Made by a program: the position numbers and the translations under genes. Positions 43,701 through 60,116 of a stretch of 64,000 bases of DNA are shown here, in pieces. Each line of letters opens with the position of its first letter. The first letter of the stretch is position 1. Below the pieces are notes generated by a model, which made no database searches, was not told the DNA's origin, and was given only the letters and a program-made list of their open reading frames with translations. This DNA is from the human T2T-CHM13v2.0 reference genome, Homo sapiens, in NCBI RefSeq assembly GCF_009914755.1, contig NC_060942.1. One strand, 5' to 3'.

Positions 43701-44681
43701 AAGATAGTAACTGTCCAGTTGTGGACTAGCATGAGGTAGATGTCAACCAGTGTGAGATCAACAAGTAGACCTATAACCTGTGGAACCAGGAACGGGAAAC
43801 AAAGGTCCTTTTCAGCTGTTTCCCCACCCGCATTGGACTGAGAGTTTAGCAGTACTCAAGGCAGCAGGAACAAGTAACATCAGAACAACAGGGCTATACT
43901 CACACATTTTATGTACTTCATGGTACTTATCTCTTTGGGTTTGTTATACAGTGCAGGTTAAGTTTGGTTAATCTTTTTGCTTGCCTAAGGTTGTCTCACT
44001 TTGTAATCCCCTTTCAGATATTGTGAAGGGTAAATATTGGAACAGGCACCACCCCCTCTCACTTACTCAAGGATGTCTTCCCAGCGATTCTTTCCTCCTG
44101 CCCCTTTGTCATCGGCTTTCTTGTACATAATTCTCATGAGCAAAGAGTCATTTTAAATATTTTTTCTCCCATCTGAAAATAAAGCAAAACTTACTATTTA
44201 CTCCACTTCTACCAGCTACAGCTTCATTTCTCCACTCCCATCTACAGCAAAACTCCTTTAAAAACTGTCTGAATTCACTGCCTCCAGTCTCTCTTGTCCT
44301 ATTCTCTCACTGTTCTTTATTTTTATACAAGTAAAATTCCATGTAACATAAAATTAATCATTTTAAAGTGGGTCATTCAGTAGCATTTAGTAAATTTTCA
44401 ATATTGTGCTACCGCCACATCTATCTAGTTCCAAAAACACTTTCATCACCAAAAAATAAAACTCCATGCTCATTGAAGAAGTCCTTCCCATTTTCCCAAC
44501 CTCCCAGCCTCTAATAACCACTAATCAGCTTTCTGTCTCAGTGAACTTACCTATCCTGAATATTTCATATAAATGAAATTATGCAATATGTGGCCTAGTG
44601 TGAATGCTTCTTTCATCTAGCATGTTTTCAAAATTCATCTACATTGTAGCATGTTATTAGTATTTGTTTTCCTTTTTATAG

Positions 44682-45026
<345 letters not shown>

Positions 45027-47856
45027 ATCACATGTTCTTTATATGTTCATCCATTGAAGGACACTGGGTTATTTCCACATTTTGGTTATTGTGAATGATG
45101 CTGCTATGAACATTCATGTATAGGAATTCATTTAAACTTCTGTTTCCAGTATGAGTATGTATCTGGGAACATAATTACTAAGTCATATGGTAATTCTGTT
45201 TAACTTTTTGAGGAACTGCCAAACTGTTTTCCACAGTGGCTGAACCATTTTATATTTCCAACAATAGTATGAGTAGGTTGCAATTTCTCCACATTTTGGC
45301 CAACACTTGTTATTTTCCCTTAAAAATTTTTTTTCATTATAGCCTTCCTACAGGGTGTGACACGATACCTCATTATGGTTTGGGTTTGCATTTACCTAAA
45401 GACCAGTGGTGTTGAGGTTCTTTTCATGTGCTTGTTGAGCATTTGTACATCTTATTTGGAGAACTTTCTATTCAATTCCTTAGCTGATTTTTTTAATTGA
45501 GTTGGGTTTTTTGTTGTTGATGTTGAGGTATAAGAATTATTTATATATTCTAGATATTAAACCCTTATCTGGAATGTAATTTACAAATACTTTATCTCAT
45601 TCTGTAGGTCATTTTTCATTTTCATTTTCTTGATAATGTCCTTTAATGTACAAAGATTTTTAACATTTTGATGATGTCCAATTTATTTATTTTTATTGCC
45701 CATGTTTTTGGTTTCATATCCAGAACTCATTTCCAAATTCAATGTCACTATATTTTTTCTAAGAGTTTTATAGTTTTAGGTCATTGACCAATTTTTAGTT
45801 AATTTTTGTATATGGTGTCAGATAAGGGTCAAACTTCATTCTTTTGTACGTGCACGTCCGGTCTGTTAAAGAGATTACTCTTTCCCCATTGGATGTTCTT
45901 GGCATGCTTGTTGAAAATCAATTGACCATATATGTGAGGGTTTATGTTTGGACACTCTACTCTAGCCCATTGGCTTATATGTCTCTTTTTATGCCAATAC
46001 GACACTGTTTTGATTACTGTAGATTTGTAGTTTTGAAATCAGGAAGTGTAAGTCCCCTAAATTTGTTCTCCTTTTTTCTAGATTATTTTGGCAATATAGA
46101 ACCCCTTCAATTTTATATGAATTTGAAAATTGGCTTTTGCATTTCTGGAAAGAAAGTCATTGGAATTTAAATAGAGATTCCATTGAATCTATAGATTGCT
46201 TTGGATAGTATGGGCATCTTAATAATGTCTTACTATCCATCAAAAGAGATATCTTTTCATTTATTTAGGTGTTTAATTTCTTTCAGCAATGTTTTTAAGT
46301 TTTTGCTGTATAAATCTTTTGCCTCTTTAGTTAAATTTTCTCAATTTACTTTTTCAGATTGTTCATTGCTGGGAAAAAGAAATACAACTGATTTTTGCAT
46401 GTTGCTCTTGTGCCCTCTAACTTTGCTGAATTTGTTTAATAGCTTTAGTAGTTCTTTGCTGTGTGTGTTTTTGAGGTTTTCTATATATGGGATCATGTCA
46501 TCTGCAAATAGGGATAGTTTTACTTCTTTCTTCTACTTTGGAAGAATTTTACTTCTTTACTTTGCCTAATTGCCCTGGCTGGAACTTTGGTATAATGCTG
46601 AAAGTAGTGGTGGAAGCGAGAATATATTTCTTGTTCCTGATCTTAGGAGAAAAGTTTTCAACCTTTCACCTTCAAGTACCACCAGTAAGCTATGGGGATA
46701 CCATAAGTGCCTTTTAGCATTTTGAGGATGTTCCCTTCTATTCTTATTTTCCTGAGTGTTTTTAATCATGAAAGGATGGTGAACTTAAAAAATACTTCTT
46801 CTATATCCATTGAGATTATTATGTGTTTTCCCCTTTATTCTATTAATATGGTATGTTATATTACTGTTTTTCTTATGTTAAACCATGTTTGCCTATTGAG
46901 TATAAATCCATTCTGGGTATAACTCCACTTATTCATGGTATATAATCCCATTAATATTTTATTGAATTTAGATTGCTAGTATTTTGTTGAGGATTTTTGC
47001 ATACATAATAATAATGGATATTGGCTTAAATTTTTTTTCTTGAAGTGTTTTTGTCTGCTTGTGACATGAGGTTAATACTGGCCTCCTAAAATGAGTTACG
47101 AAGTATTCCCTCTTATTCTATATTCTGGAAGAGTTTGAGAAGGATTGATTTAAATTTTTCTTTAAATGTTAGGTAAAATTCGCTAGTGAAGCCATCTGGT
47201 CCTAAGCTCCTTTTGTTGGAAGGCTTTTGATTATTGATTCAATCTCCTTATTCATTATAGGTCTTTTCAGATTTTCTATTTCTTCTTGAGTCAGTTTGGT
47301 AGTTTTTATGTTCCTAGGGGTTTGTCTACTTCATGTAGGTTATTAAACTTGTTGGACTACAATTGTTCATAATATTCTCTTATAATTATTTGTGTTGCTG
47401 AAGGTTGGTAACAAAGTCTCCAATTCAATTCCATTTTTTGCTATTTAAGTACTCTCTCTCTTTTTTCTTAGTCTAGCTAAGAAGTTTGTCAATGTTTTTT
47501 ACATATTCAAAAAATGAACTTTTGTTTTTGTTGATTTTTTCTACTGATTTTCTCATCTCTATTTATATTAATTCTACTCTAATCTTTATTATTCTTTTCT
47601 TCTACTGGCTTTGAATTTACTTTTCTCTTCTTTTTTAGTTCTTCAAGGGTAAGTGAAGTTATTGATTTGAGATCTTTCTTCTTTATAATGTAGGCATTTA
47701 CAGCTATAAATTTCTCTCCCAGGACTATTTTCACTGTATCACATAAGCTTTAGTATATTGTGCTTTTATTTTCATTCATCTTAAGGTATTCGGTAATTTC
47801 CCTTGTGATTTAGTCTTTGACCCATTGGTTGAGAGTGTGTTTTTGAACTCCACATA

Positions 47857-50234
47857 CATGCATATGTTCTTGTTTTATTGCTTTTTGCTTTATCATGCTT
47901 CACAGATATTGCATTTTTTTTCTTTTTTACAAGTTGAAGGTTTGTGGCAACCCTCTATTGAGCAAGTCTACAGGCACCATTTTTCCAAGATCGTATGCTT
48001 ACTTCCTGTCTCTGTGTTTCACTTTGGTAATTCTTGCAATATTTCAAACTTTTTCATTATTATCATAATATATATAATCAGTGATCTCTGATGTTACTAT
48101 TGTAATTGTTTTGGGGTGCCATAAACCGTGCCCTTATAAAATGACAAACCTGATTAGTAAATGTGTGCACTCTGACTGCTCCACCAACCAGCCATTCCTC
48201 CATCTCTCTTCTTCTCCTTGGCTGCCCTATTTCTTGAGACACAATAATATTGCAATTAGGCCAATTAATACCACTGCAATGACCTCTATGTATTCAAGTG
48301 AAAGGAAGAGTCATATGTTTCTCAATTTAAATTAAAAGCTAGAAATAATAAAGCTTAATGAAGAAGGCATGTCAAAAGCTGAAACAGGTCAAAAGTTAGG
48401 CCTCTTGTGCCAGTTAGCCAAGTTGTGAATGTAAAGAAAAAGTTATTGAAGGACATTAAAAGCGCTACTCCGGTGAACACACAAATGGTAAGAAAGCAAA
48501 ACAGCCTTACTGCTGATATGAAGAAAGTTTTAGTGATCTAGATAGAAGATCAAATCAGCCACAATATTCCCTTAAGCCAAAGCTTAATCCAGAGCAAGGC
48601 CCTAATGTGTCAATTCTATGAAGGCTGAGAGAGGTAAGGATGCTGCAGAAGAAAAGTTTGGAGCTGGCAGAGGTTGACTCACGAGGGTTAAGGGAAGAAT
48701 CCACTTCCATAACCCAAAAGTACAAGGTGAAGCAGGAAGTGCTAATGGAGAAGCAGCAGCAAGTTATACAGAAGATCTAGCTAAAATCATTGATGAAAGT
48801 GGCCACACTAAATCACAGGTTTTCAGTGTAGAAAAAATAGCCTTCTATTGAAAGAAGATGACATCTAGGACTTTCACAGCTAGAGAGGAGAAATCAATGC
48901 CTGGCTTCAAAGCTTCAAAGGATAGGCTGAATATCTTGTTAGGGTCTAATGGTAGCTGATGACTTTAAGTCGATGTCATTGTTCATTTGCCATTTCCAAA
49001 ATCCTAAGACCCTTAAGAATTACACCAAATCTACTTTGTTTGTGTTCTATAAATGAAACAGCAAGCATGAATGATAGCACATCTGTTTATAGCATGGTTT
49101 ACTGAATATTTTACTCTCACTGTTGAGAACTACTTCTCAGAAAAATAAAATTATTTTAAAATATTGCTGCTCATTGACAATACACCTGATCACCCAAGAA
49201 CTCTGATGAGATGTACAAGGAGATTAACACTGTTTTCATGCCTGCTAATATACATCCAATCTGAAATCCATTGATCAAGGAGTACGTTCAACTTTCAAGT
49301 TTTATTATTTAAGAAGTATGTTTTGTAAGGCAGTAGCTGCCATGAGTAGTGATTCCTCTGATGGATCTGGGCAAAGTAAATTGAAAACCTTCTGGAAGGA
49401 TTTACCATCCTGGATGCCATTAAGAGCATTCATGGAAAGAGGTCAAAATATTAACACTAACAGGAGTTTGAAAGAAGTTTATTACAACCCTAATGAATAA
49501 CTTTGAGGGGTTCGAGACTTCAGTGGAAGACGTAGTTGCAGATGTGGTATAAATAACAAGGGAGCTAGAATTAGAAGTGGAGCCTGAAGATGTCACTGAA
49601 TTGCTGAAATATCATGGGAAAACTTAAATGGATGAGAATCTGCTTCTCATGGATGAGCAAAGAAGATGGTTTCTTAAGATGGAAACTACTCCTGATGAAG
49701 ATTCTGTGAACACTATTGAAACAGCAAGAAAGGATTTAGAATATTTCATAAACTTAGTTAATAAAGCACTGGTAGGGTTTGAGAGGACTTGTTCCAATTT
49801 TGAAAGAAGTCCTACTGTGGGTAAAATGCTATTAAACAGCATCACAGCTACAGAGAAATCTTTCATGAAGGGAAGAGCCAATTGATGCAGTAAACTTCAT
49901 TGTTTTTTATTTTAAGAAATTGCCATAGCCACCCTAGCCTTTAGCAACCACCAGCTTGATCAGTCAGCAGCCACCAACATCAAGGCAAGACCCTCCGCAC
50001 GCAAAGAGATTATGACTTGCTGAAGGCTCAGATGATCATTAACTTTTTTAGCAACAAAGTACTTTTAAATTAAAACAGGTACTTTTTAAAAGACATAATA
50101 CTACTGTACACGTAATAGTCTACAGTATAATACAAACATGACTTTTACATGCACTGGGAGACCAAAAAACTTATGTGACTCACTTTATTGTGGTGGTCTG
50201 GAACAGAGTCCCCGATATCTCTGAGACATGCCTG
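47857..50234 (+). mobile_element. Tigger1, full length (~2.38 kb)
   Basis: Termini catgcata...ttttattg and gatatctctgagacatgcctg; TA duplicated (47855-56, 50235-36); transposase remnants in ORFs 49318-49500 and 49628-49885. Confidence 0.95.
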
Positions 50235-50590
50235 TACTTGTGAATTTTCCAGTTTATTTCTAGCAGTGATCTGGCTCATTCCATTGTTTTTGGAGGGAAA
50301 TTGTGTATAATTCCAATTTTAAAAAATTTATTGTAACTGAGTTTTTGGCCTTATATATAGTCTATCCCGGGGAATGTTCCATGTGCATTTGAAAGGAATG
50401 TGTAGTTTGCTATTGCGTGGAGTGTTCTGTATATGAGGCTGAGATAGTTATAGTGTTGTTCCATGTTCTCTATTTTCTCATGTATCTTCTGTCTATATGT
50501 TCTATTTACCATTGAAAGTGAGATATTGAGGTCTCCAGGTATTACTGTGAAACTGTCTACTTCCCCCTCAATCCTGTCAGTGTCTTTTTT

Positions 50591-51538
<948 letters not shown>

Positions 51539-54387
51539 TTAGACTCTTTTCTGTGTGACATATATGTTTACAATTGTTATATCTTCTTGATGAAAGGACC
51601 CTTTACCAATATTAGTGTTCTTCTCTGTCACTTTCAGCAGCTATTTTACTCAAACCCTGTATTATGTATTAGCATAGCCATCCCAGCTGTCATTTAGTTA
51701 ACATTTGTATGAAATATCTTTTCTCTACCCTTTCACTTTTAACCTATTTGTTTATTTGCATCTAATGTGAATTTCTTGTAGATAACGTAATTAAACTACG
51801 GTTTTTAAAATCCATTCTGCTAATATTTGCCTTTTGATTGTAATGCTTAATTTATTTACTTTCATAGTAATTACAGATAAGAAAGCACTTACTTCTGCCA
51901 TTTTATGATTTGTTTTCTATGGCTTATACCTTTTTATTACTAATTTCCTTCATTATTGCTTTTTCTGTGTTTAATTTCTTTTTTGTAGTATACCATTCTT
52001 ACTTAATTTCGCATATAAATTTTAGATATTTTCTTAGTGGTTTCTCTAGTATTTTAATTTACATTAGTAAGTTATAACAATATAATTTGAATTTATACCA
52101 ACTTAGATTCAATGGCATATAAAAAGTCTACTCCTATAAAGCTCCATTCCCATTTATGTTGTTATTGTCACAAATTACATCCTTATATATTGTGTGCCAA
52201 TAAACACAGTTTGTAATTATTATTTCATGTGCTATTTTTAAATCACAGAGGAAATTTTAAAATGCAGACACAAAACAAAAATACAATAATACTGACTTTT
52301 ACATTTGCCTATGTAGTTCCTTTATGGAGGTTTTTCATTTTCTCATATGCCTTTGGGTTAATGTCTAGTTTCCTTTCATTTCAGCCTAAAGGGTTTCCTG
52401 TAGAATTTCTTGTAGTGAAAGTATATTAGCAATTAATTCCCTCAGATTTTATTTATCTGGAAAAGTCTGAATTTTTCCATATTTGAAGCAAAGGTTTTCT
52501 GGATATGGAATTCTTCACTGACATTTTGTTTTCCTTGACTTCAAAAATGTCACCCCATTTGTGTCTGGTCTCCATGGTTTCTGATGAGAAATTGGCTGTT
52601 TTCCTTGTTGAGGATCACTTGTACATGAGGAGTCACTTCTCTCCTGCTGCTTTCAAGATTGTCTCTTTATTTTTGGCTTCTAGTAATTTGGTTGTGATGT
52701 ATCTTGTCAAGGATCTCTGTGTTTTTTAATTGAATTTCATCAAGTTTCTTGAATGTGTAGTTTTATTTTTTTCATAAGATTTGGGAAATGTGTAGTTTTC
52801 TTTCTTTCATAAGATTTAGCCGCCAGTACATCTACAAATATTCTTTCTGCTCCTTTCTCTCCTTTAATTCTGGAATTGTGAGTATATTGGCATGCTTGAT
52901 TGTGTTCCACAGACCTCTTAGTCTTCATTCATTTTTCTTTATTCTTTCTCCTTCTGTACCTCAGGCTGCATAAGTTTCAATTAGCCTATCTTCAAGTTCT
53001 CTGATTCTTTATTTCTTCTGCTTATATTTTCCATTGAAACCCTTTAGTGAATTTTATTTCAGTTATTGTACTTTTCTGGCTGCGAATTTCTGTTTAGCTC
53101 TTGTTTGTAACTTCTTTCTCCTCATTAATTTTCACTATTTGCTCATGAATAACTCTTCTGTTCTCCTTTAGCTCCTTGAGCATATGTAAGACAGTTGATT
53201 TGTCTTTGTCTAGTGAATCCAACATCTGTACTTCTTCATGTAAAATTTCTGCAAATTTCTTCTGTGAAAGGGCCATATTTTCTTGTTCCTTTGCATGCTT
53301 CATAATTTTTACAGAAAATTGGCTATTCTGAATATTATAATGTAATAACTCTGGAAATCTTATGCTTCAGCTCTTCAGGGTTTGTTTTTCTGCCGGCTGT
53401 GGGATGTAGCTGTTCGTTTGTTTGGTAACTTTTTAATTGTGGTAAAATATACACAAAATAAAATTTATCATATTGATTATTTTATGTTTACAATTCAGTG
53501 ACATTAAGTACATTCCTAATGTTGTGTAATTATCACTATTATTTTCAAACTTTTTCATAATCTCAAAGAGAAAGTATGTATCCAGTTAACAATAACTCCC
53601 CAATCCTCTCTCCAAACAGCCCCTAGTAACCTCTATTCTACCTTCTGTCTCTATGAATTTACATATTCTAGACTCCTCATATAAGTGGAATCATACATGG
53701 CATTGTATTTTCAAAGTTCATCCATGTCATAGTATGCATCAGAACCTCATTCCTTTTCATGATTGAATAATATTCCATTATATGTATATACCAGATTTTG
53801 TATATTCATTCATTCACCAATAGGCTTTTATTGCTTCCACCTTTTAGGTATTGTAAATAATGCTGCTATGTGGTGTGCAATATCTGTTCAAGTACAGTTT
53901 TTAATTCTTTTATGTATTTACCTAGGAGTGGAATTACTGGATTATATGATAATTCCATGATTAACTTATATGTGTTGTGCAATATCTGTTCAAGTCCATG
54001 TTTTCAATTTTTAATGTATTTTCATAGAACTGGAATTGCAGATTATATAATAATTCCATCTTTAACTTTTTGAGGAACGAACAGATTGTTTTTCATAGCA
54101 CTGCACCATATTATATTTCCACCAATAATGCATGAGGCTTCCCATCTCTCTATATGCTGGCTAACATTTGTTATTTCCTATTTTAAAAAAAGTCATCATT
54201 ATGAGTATGATGTGGTATCTCATGTGGTTTGGATTTACATCATCTTGGTTGGATTTACATCATCTTGATCACTAATGATGTTGAGCATCATTTCATGTGC
54301 TTATTGATCATGGATTGGTCTTCTAATCCATGAATATAGGATTTCTTTCCATCCATTTAACTCTTCTTTAATTTCTACCAGCAGTGG

Positions 54388-55088
<701 letters not shown>

Positions 55089-55707
55089 CACACAAGAGTT
55101 TTTAATGTTTTTATCTGTCTCGTTGGTTAAATTTACCCCCGGGTATTTTATTCTTTTTGATGCTTATTGTAAGTGAAATGGTTTTCTTAATTTCCTTTTA
55201 AAATTGTTAATTGCTAGTGTTTAGAAATACAACAGATTTTTGAGTATTGATTCTGTACCCTGTAACTTTGCTGAGTTCATTTAACTCTAATAGTTTTTTG
55301 TTTTTTTTTTTTTAACTTCGTATCATCTGTAAAGATAGATATTTTATTTCTTCCTTTCTGACACGGATGCCCCCAACCCATTTTCATTCACTCACCATTG
55401 AATTGGCTCACCATTAGCTGTGAGATTTACACATGATATTGATGAAATTCCTTTCGATTCCTAGTTTACTGTTTTTATCATGAGAGGGTGTTACATTTTG
55501 TCCAATTTTTTTGTACCTATTTATATTATTATGTTTTTTTTCCTTAACATGCTATGTTGCATTGATTGATTTTATCTTGAACAATTCTTGCATTCTGAGA
55601 CTAAATACCCTTGGCCATTATATGCAATCCTTTTAATGTACTGCTGAATTCAGGTTGCTAGTACTTTATTGATAATGTCTATATTCATAAGAAGTGTTGA
55701 CCTGTAG

Positions 55708-55999
55708 TTTTTTAGAGACTAGTTCTCACTCTGTTACCCAGGCTGGAGTACATTGATATGATCATAGCTCACAGAAGCTTCAAACTTCTGGGCTCAAGTG
55801 ACCCTTCCACCTCAGCCTCCCAAGTAGCTGGAACTATAGGTGTGTGCCACCATTCCCAGGTAAGTTTTTATTTTTTGGGGGGGAGACACGGTCTTGCTCT
55901 GCTGCCCAGGCTGGTCTTGAACTCCCTGGGCTCAAGCAGTCCTTCAATTTCAGCCTTGCAAAGTGCTGGGATTACAGGCATGAGTTACCATGCCCAGCC
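55708..55999 (-). mobile_element. AluJ
   Basis: Dimeric Alu. Confidence 0.9.
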
Positions 56000-56242
56000 A
56001 TTTTTTGGTTTTTCGTAGTTGGTGGTGTCTTTGCCCTTGATGTGAAGGTAATGCTTGCCTCATAGAATGAATTAGGAAGAGGGTTTTTTTCTATTTTTTG
56101 GAAAAGTTTGAGAGACCATGCCCAGCCATTTTTTGGTTTTTCGTAGTTGGTGGTGTCTTTGCCCTTGATGTGAAGGTAATGCTTGCCTCATAGAATGAAT
56201 TAGGAAGAGGGTTTTTTTCTATTTTTTGGAAAAGTTTGAGAG
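55987..56242. repeat. perfect 2 x 128-bp tandem duplication
   Basis: 55987-56114 identical to 56115-56242. Confidence 0.97.
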
Positions 56243-56270
56243 GAATGTTTCTCTCTTCTTCTTCTGATTC

Positions 56271-56567
56271 TTTTTTTTTTTTTTTTGAGAGGAGTCTTGC
56301 TCTGTCACCCAGGCTGAAGTGCAGTGGTGCGATCTCAGCTCACTGAAGCCTCTGCCTCCTGGGTTCAAGTGATTCTCCACCTCAGCCTCCCGAGTAGATG
56401 GGATTTCAGGCGTGTACTGACACCTCCGGCTAATTTTTATATTTTTACTAGACAAGGGGTTTCACCATGTTGGCCAGGCTAATCTCAAACTCCTGAGCTC
56501 AGATAATCCACTAGCTTCGGCTTCCCAAAGTGCTGCAATTAACAGGCGTGAGCCACTGCTCCCGGCC
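56271..56567 (-). mobile_element. AluS
   Basis: Dimeric Alu. Confidence 0.92.
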
Positions 56568-59500
56568 ATCTCTTCTTTAAATGGTAGAATTTCTTGGTGA
56601 AACTATCTTTTGTGGGCATTTCTTTGTTTGGAGGTTTTTGACTACTTATTCAATCTCCTTAATAGTTATAGATCTGTTCAGATTTTCTATTTCTTCTTAA
56701 GTTAGTTTGCTAGTTTGTGTGTGTCTAGGAGTTTATCCATTTTATCTAGATTATCCAACTTGTTATCATGCAGTTGTTCGTAGTATTCTCTTTTAAGCCA
56801 TTTGTTTCTGTAAAATTGGTAGTAATGTCACCATATTTATGTCTAATTTGAGCAATAGGAATCTTCTCTCTGTTTTCTTAGTCAATCCAGCAGAAATTTT
56901 GTCTATTTTTATTGATATCTTCAAAGAAAAGCTTTGTTTTATTAATTTTCTCTATTGTTTTTATATTCGATATTTGATTTAGCTACACACTAATTTTTTT
57001 TATTTCTTTCCTTCCGCTAGAAATGAATTTAGTTTGCTCTTCTTTTTCTATTTCCTTTTGAAATAATTAGGTTGTTTGATATTTTTCTTCTTTTTTAATG
57101 TAGACATTTACAGCTGTGAATTTTTCTCTGAGCACTGCTTTCACTGCATCCCATAAAAAATGGCATTTGCTTTTATGTTTCTCAGGGTATTTCACAATTT
57201 CCTTTGTGAGTTTTCCTCTGACCTATTGGTTGTTTAAAATTGTGTTATTTAATTTCCATATATTTGTAAATCTTCCAGCCTTTCTTCTGTTACTGATTTT
57301 TAGCTCATGGCATTGTGTTCAGAGAAGATATTTAGTATTGTTTCAAAAATATTTTAATATGTCTTGAGACTTATTATGTGGGCTTACCTATGGTCCATTC
57401 TAGGAAATGTTCCATGTACATTAGTGAAGAATGTGTATTCTACTGGTTTTGGTGGAGTGTTCAGTATGTTTGTTAGTTCTAATTGTTTTACAGTCTTGTT
57501 CAAGTTCTCTAATTTTTTTGTAAATATTCTGTCTAGTTCTGATTATTAACCTTCAACTATTAAACCTCCAACAATTATTGTAGCTTGCTATATTTGGGGG
57601 TTCTGTTGTTAAATGTATATATGTTTATAATTATATTTTCTTGCTGGCTTGAGACTTTTATCAAAATGTAATGTCCTTCTTTGTCTCTTGTAAACATTTT
57701 TAACTTTAAGTTTATTTTGGCTGACTCACTTGTCTTTTGTTTACAATTTGCAGAGATTATCTTTTTCCATCTTTTCACTTTTAAACTCTTTGTGTTTTGT
57801 ATCTTAAGTGAGTCTCTTTTAGACAACATAAATTGATCATGTGTTATTTATCCAATCTTCCAATTTCTGCCATTTGATTAGACAATTTAATCCATTTACA
57901 TTTAAGTAATTATTGATAAGAAATGAATTACTTCTTCCATTTAGCTTCTTCTTTTCTGTATGTTTATGTTTTTGTCCCTCAATTCATGAATTACTGCCTT
58001 TTTAACACTTAGTTTAACATTTGTAGTATATCATTTTGATTCCCTTAAATATTTATGTTCTTAGTGGTAGCCTTAGTATTACAATTAACACCTTAAACTT
58101 ATAACAACCTAATTTAAATGACACCAACTTAATTTCAATAGTATACAAATACCCTATTTCCATACATCTTTGTTCCTACCCATTTATATTATTATTGCCA
58201 CAGAATACATCTTTTTATATTTTGTGCCCGTTAACTTCAATTTATAATTATCGCTTTATGCCTTTACCTTTTAAATCGTATAGAAAAAAAGGAGGGGTTT
58301 CAAACCAAAATTATGTTAATATTGGCTTTTCTACTTATATTTATGGTTACCTTTACTAGTGTTCTTCTTTGTTTCTTATGGCTTCCAGTTACTACCTAGT
58401 GTCTTTTTATTTCAGCCTGAAGTGCTCCCTTTAACATTTCTTGTATGGTAGGTCTTCTGGTAACAAACTCCCTCAGCATTTTTTTTTTTTTAATCTGGGA
58501 ATGTCTTAAGTTCTCCTTCATCCCTGAGTGATAGTTTTGCTTGATATAGAATTCTTGGTTGACAGTTTTGTCTTTTATTTTAAGACTTTGTTATCTCAGC
58601 GCCTTCTAGACTTCATGATTTCTGATGAAAAACCAGCTGTTAATTGTACTGAGGACATCTGGTATATAATGAGTCACTTCTTTCTGCTTTCGAAATTCTA
58701 TCTTTATTTTTGGATTTTGACAATTTGACTATTATGTTTCTGGGTTTGGATTTCTTTGAGTTTATCCTATTTGGATTCTTGGTTTGTGTATTTTCATCTT
58801 CAGTGGATTTGAGAAATTTTAAGCCATTGTTTCTTCAAAAAGTTTTTTTTGCTTCATTTTCTTTTCTTCCCCTTGGACTTCTATGGTCCATATGTTATTA
58901 TGCTTGATTGCTTTCCTCAAGTTCATTAGGATACATTCATTTTTCTTCATTTTTTCCATTCGTCAGGTTGGATAATTTTAATTTTTTTATCTTCAATTTT
59001 TTTTATTCTTTCTTCTGACTGTTCACGTTGCTATTGAATGTCTCTAGTAAAATTCTAATTTCAGTTATTGTACTTTTCACCCCTACAATTTCTATTTGGG
59101 TACTTTTTTACAATTTGTATCTCTTTCTTGACAGACCCTTTTTGTTCATACATTGCTTTCTGATTTCCTTTGTTCTTTGTCCATGGCTTTTTTTTTTCTT
59201 AGCTCTTTCAACATATTTAAGACAGTTGGCTTGATATATTTAACTAGTTATTCCAATGTCTAATATTCTTTAGAAATAACTTCTGTCAAATTGTTTTTTC
59301 CTGTGGATGGGCTATAATTTCCTGTTTCTTGGTATGTTTTCTGATTTTTTGTTGAGACTGCACTTCTGGAGTATTAAAATATGGTAACTCTGGAAATTTG
59401 ATTTTCCCACTCCTCACAGATTGCTGATTTTTGCTTGTTGAGGGCTGGAAACATTCATTTGTGACTTTTCCAAACTATTTTTGCAAAGCATGTATTTCTC

Positions 59501-60013
59501 ATTGTGTGTGAACACAGACATTTGTGTTCCTTTATCTCTTTGGTCAACTAACAAAGATTTCCCTGAATGTCTGGCTCCAAAAAAAATATTGTCTTGTCTC
59601 TTTAACTTTCCTGAAAGATGCTGCTGGAGGAAGTTGCTGCTGCAAGAGTGCCAAAATCAAGGCAAGCATTTGTACTGGTCTCTAAAGGCACTACCAAACC
59701 AATCCAAAAGCACAACCTCGTATCTTTGGAAGACAAGTTAACTGCTTCCCACTCTGGGTCCAGATAGCCACTCCAGAAACACATGCTCCTAACTCACATT
59801 CACAGCAGGGCTAAGGAATTTGCCACCATCTCTGGTTCATGCACACTGCTCACTTAAAAATAATCAGTTGCCTCTCCCTTTATCAAGCACTCCCCTAGTT
59901 GCTATGTGATCAATCACGTTCCAGAAATCCAAAGTAGCTGTCTCCAATTGCCCTTTCCAGCTCAATATCTGCTGCAGGTGAGGGATCTCTAATCAACTGA
60001 AGTACTCTAGAAC

Positions 60014-60116
60014 TAGGGTGACCAGTCTGTTTAGGACTTTCCCAGTTTTCAAACTTAAAGTCCTATGTCCCAGAAATCCCTCCATCACAAGCAAACCGGT
60101 ACCATTGATCACCCCA
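60014..60116. mobile_element. MER94-like hAT MITE
   Basis: TIRs tagggtgacca...tgatcacccca; internal ggactttcccagtttt...aaagtcc. Confidence 0.75.
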
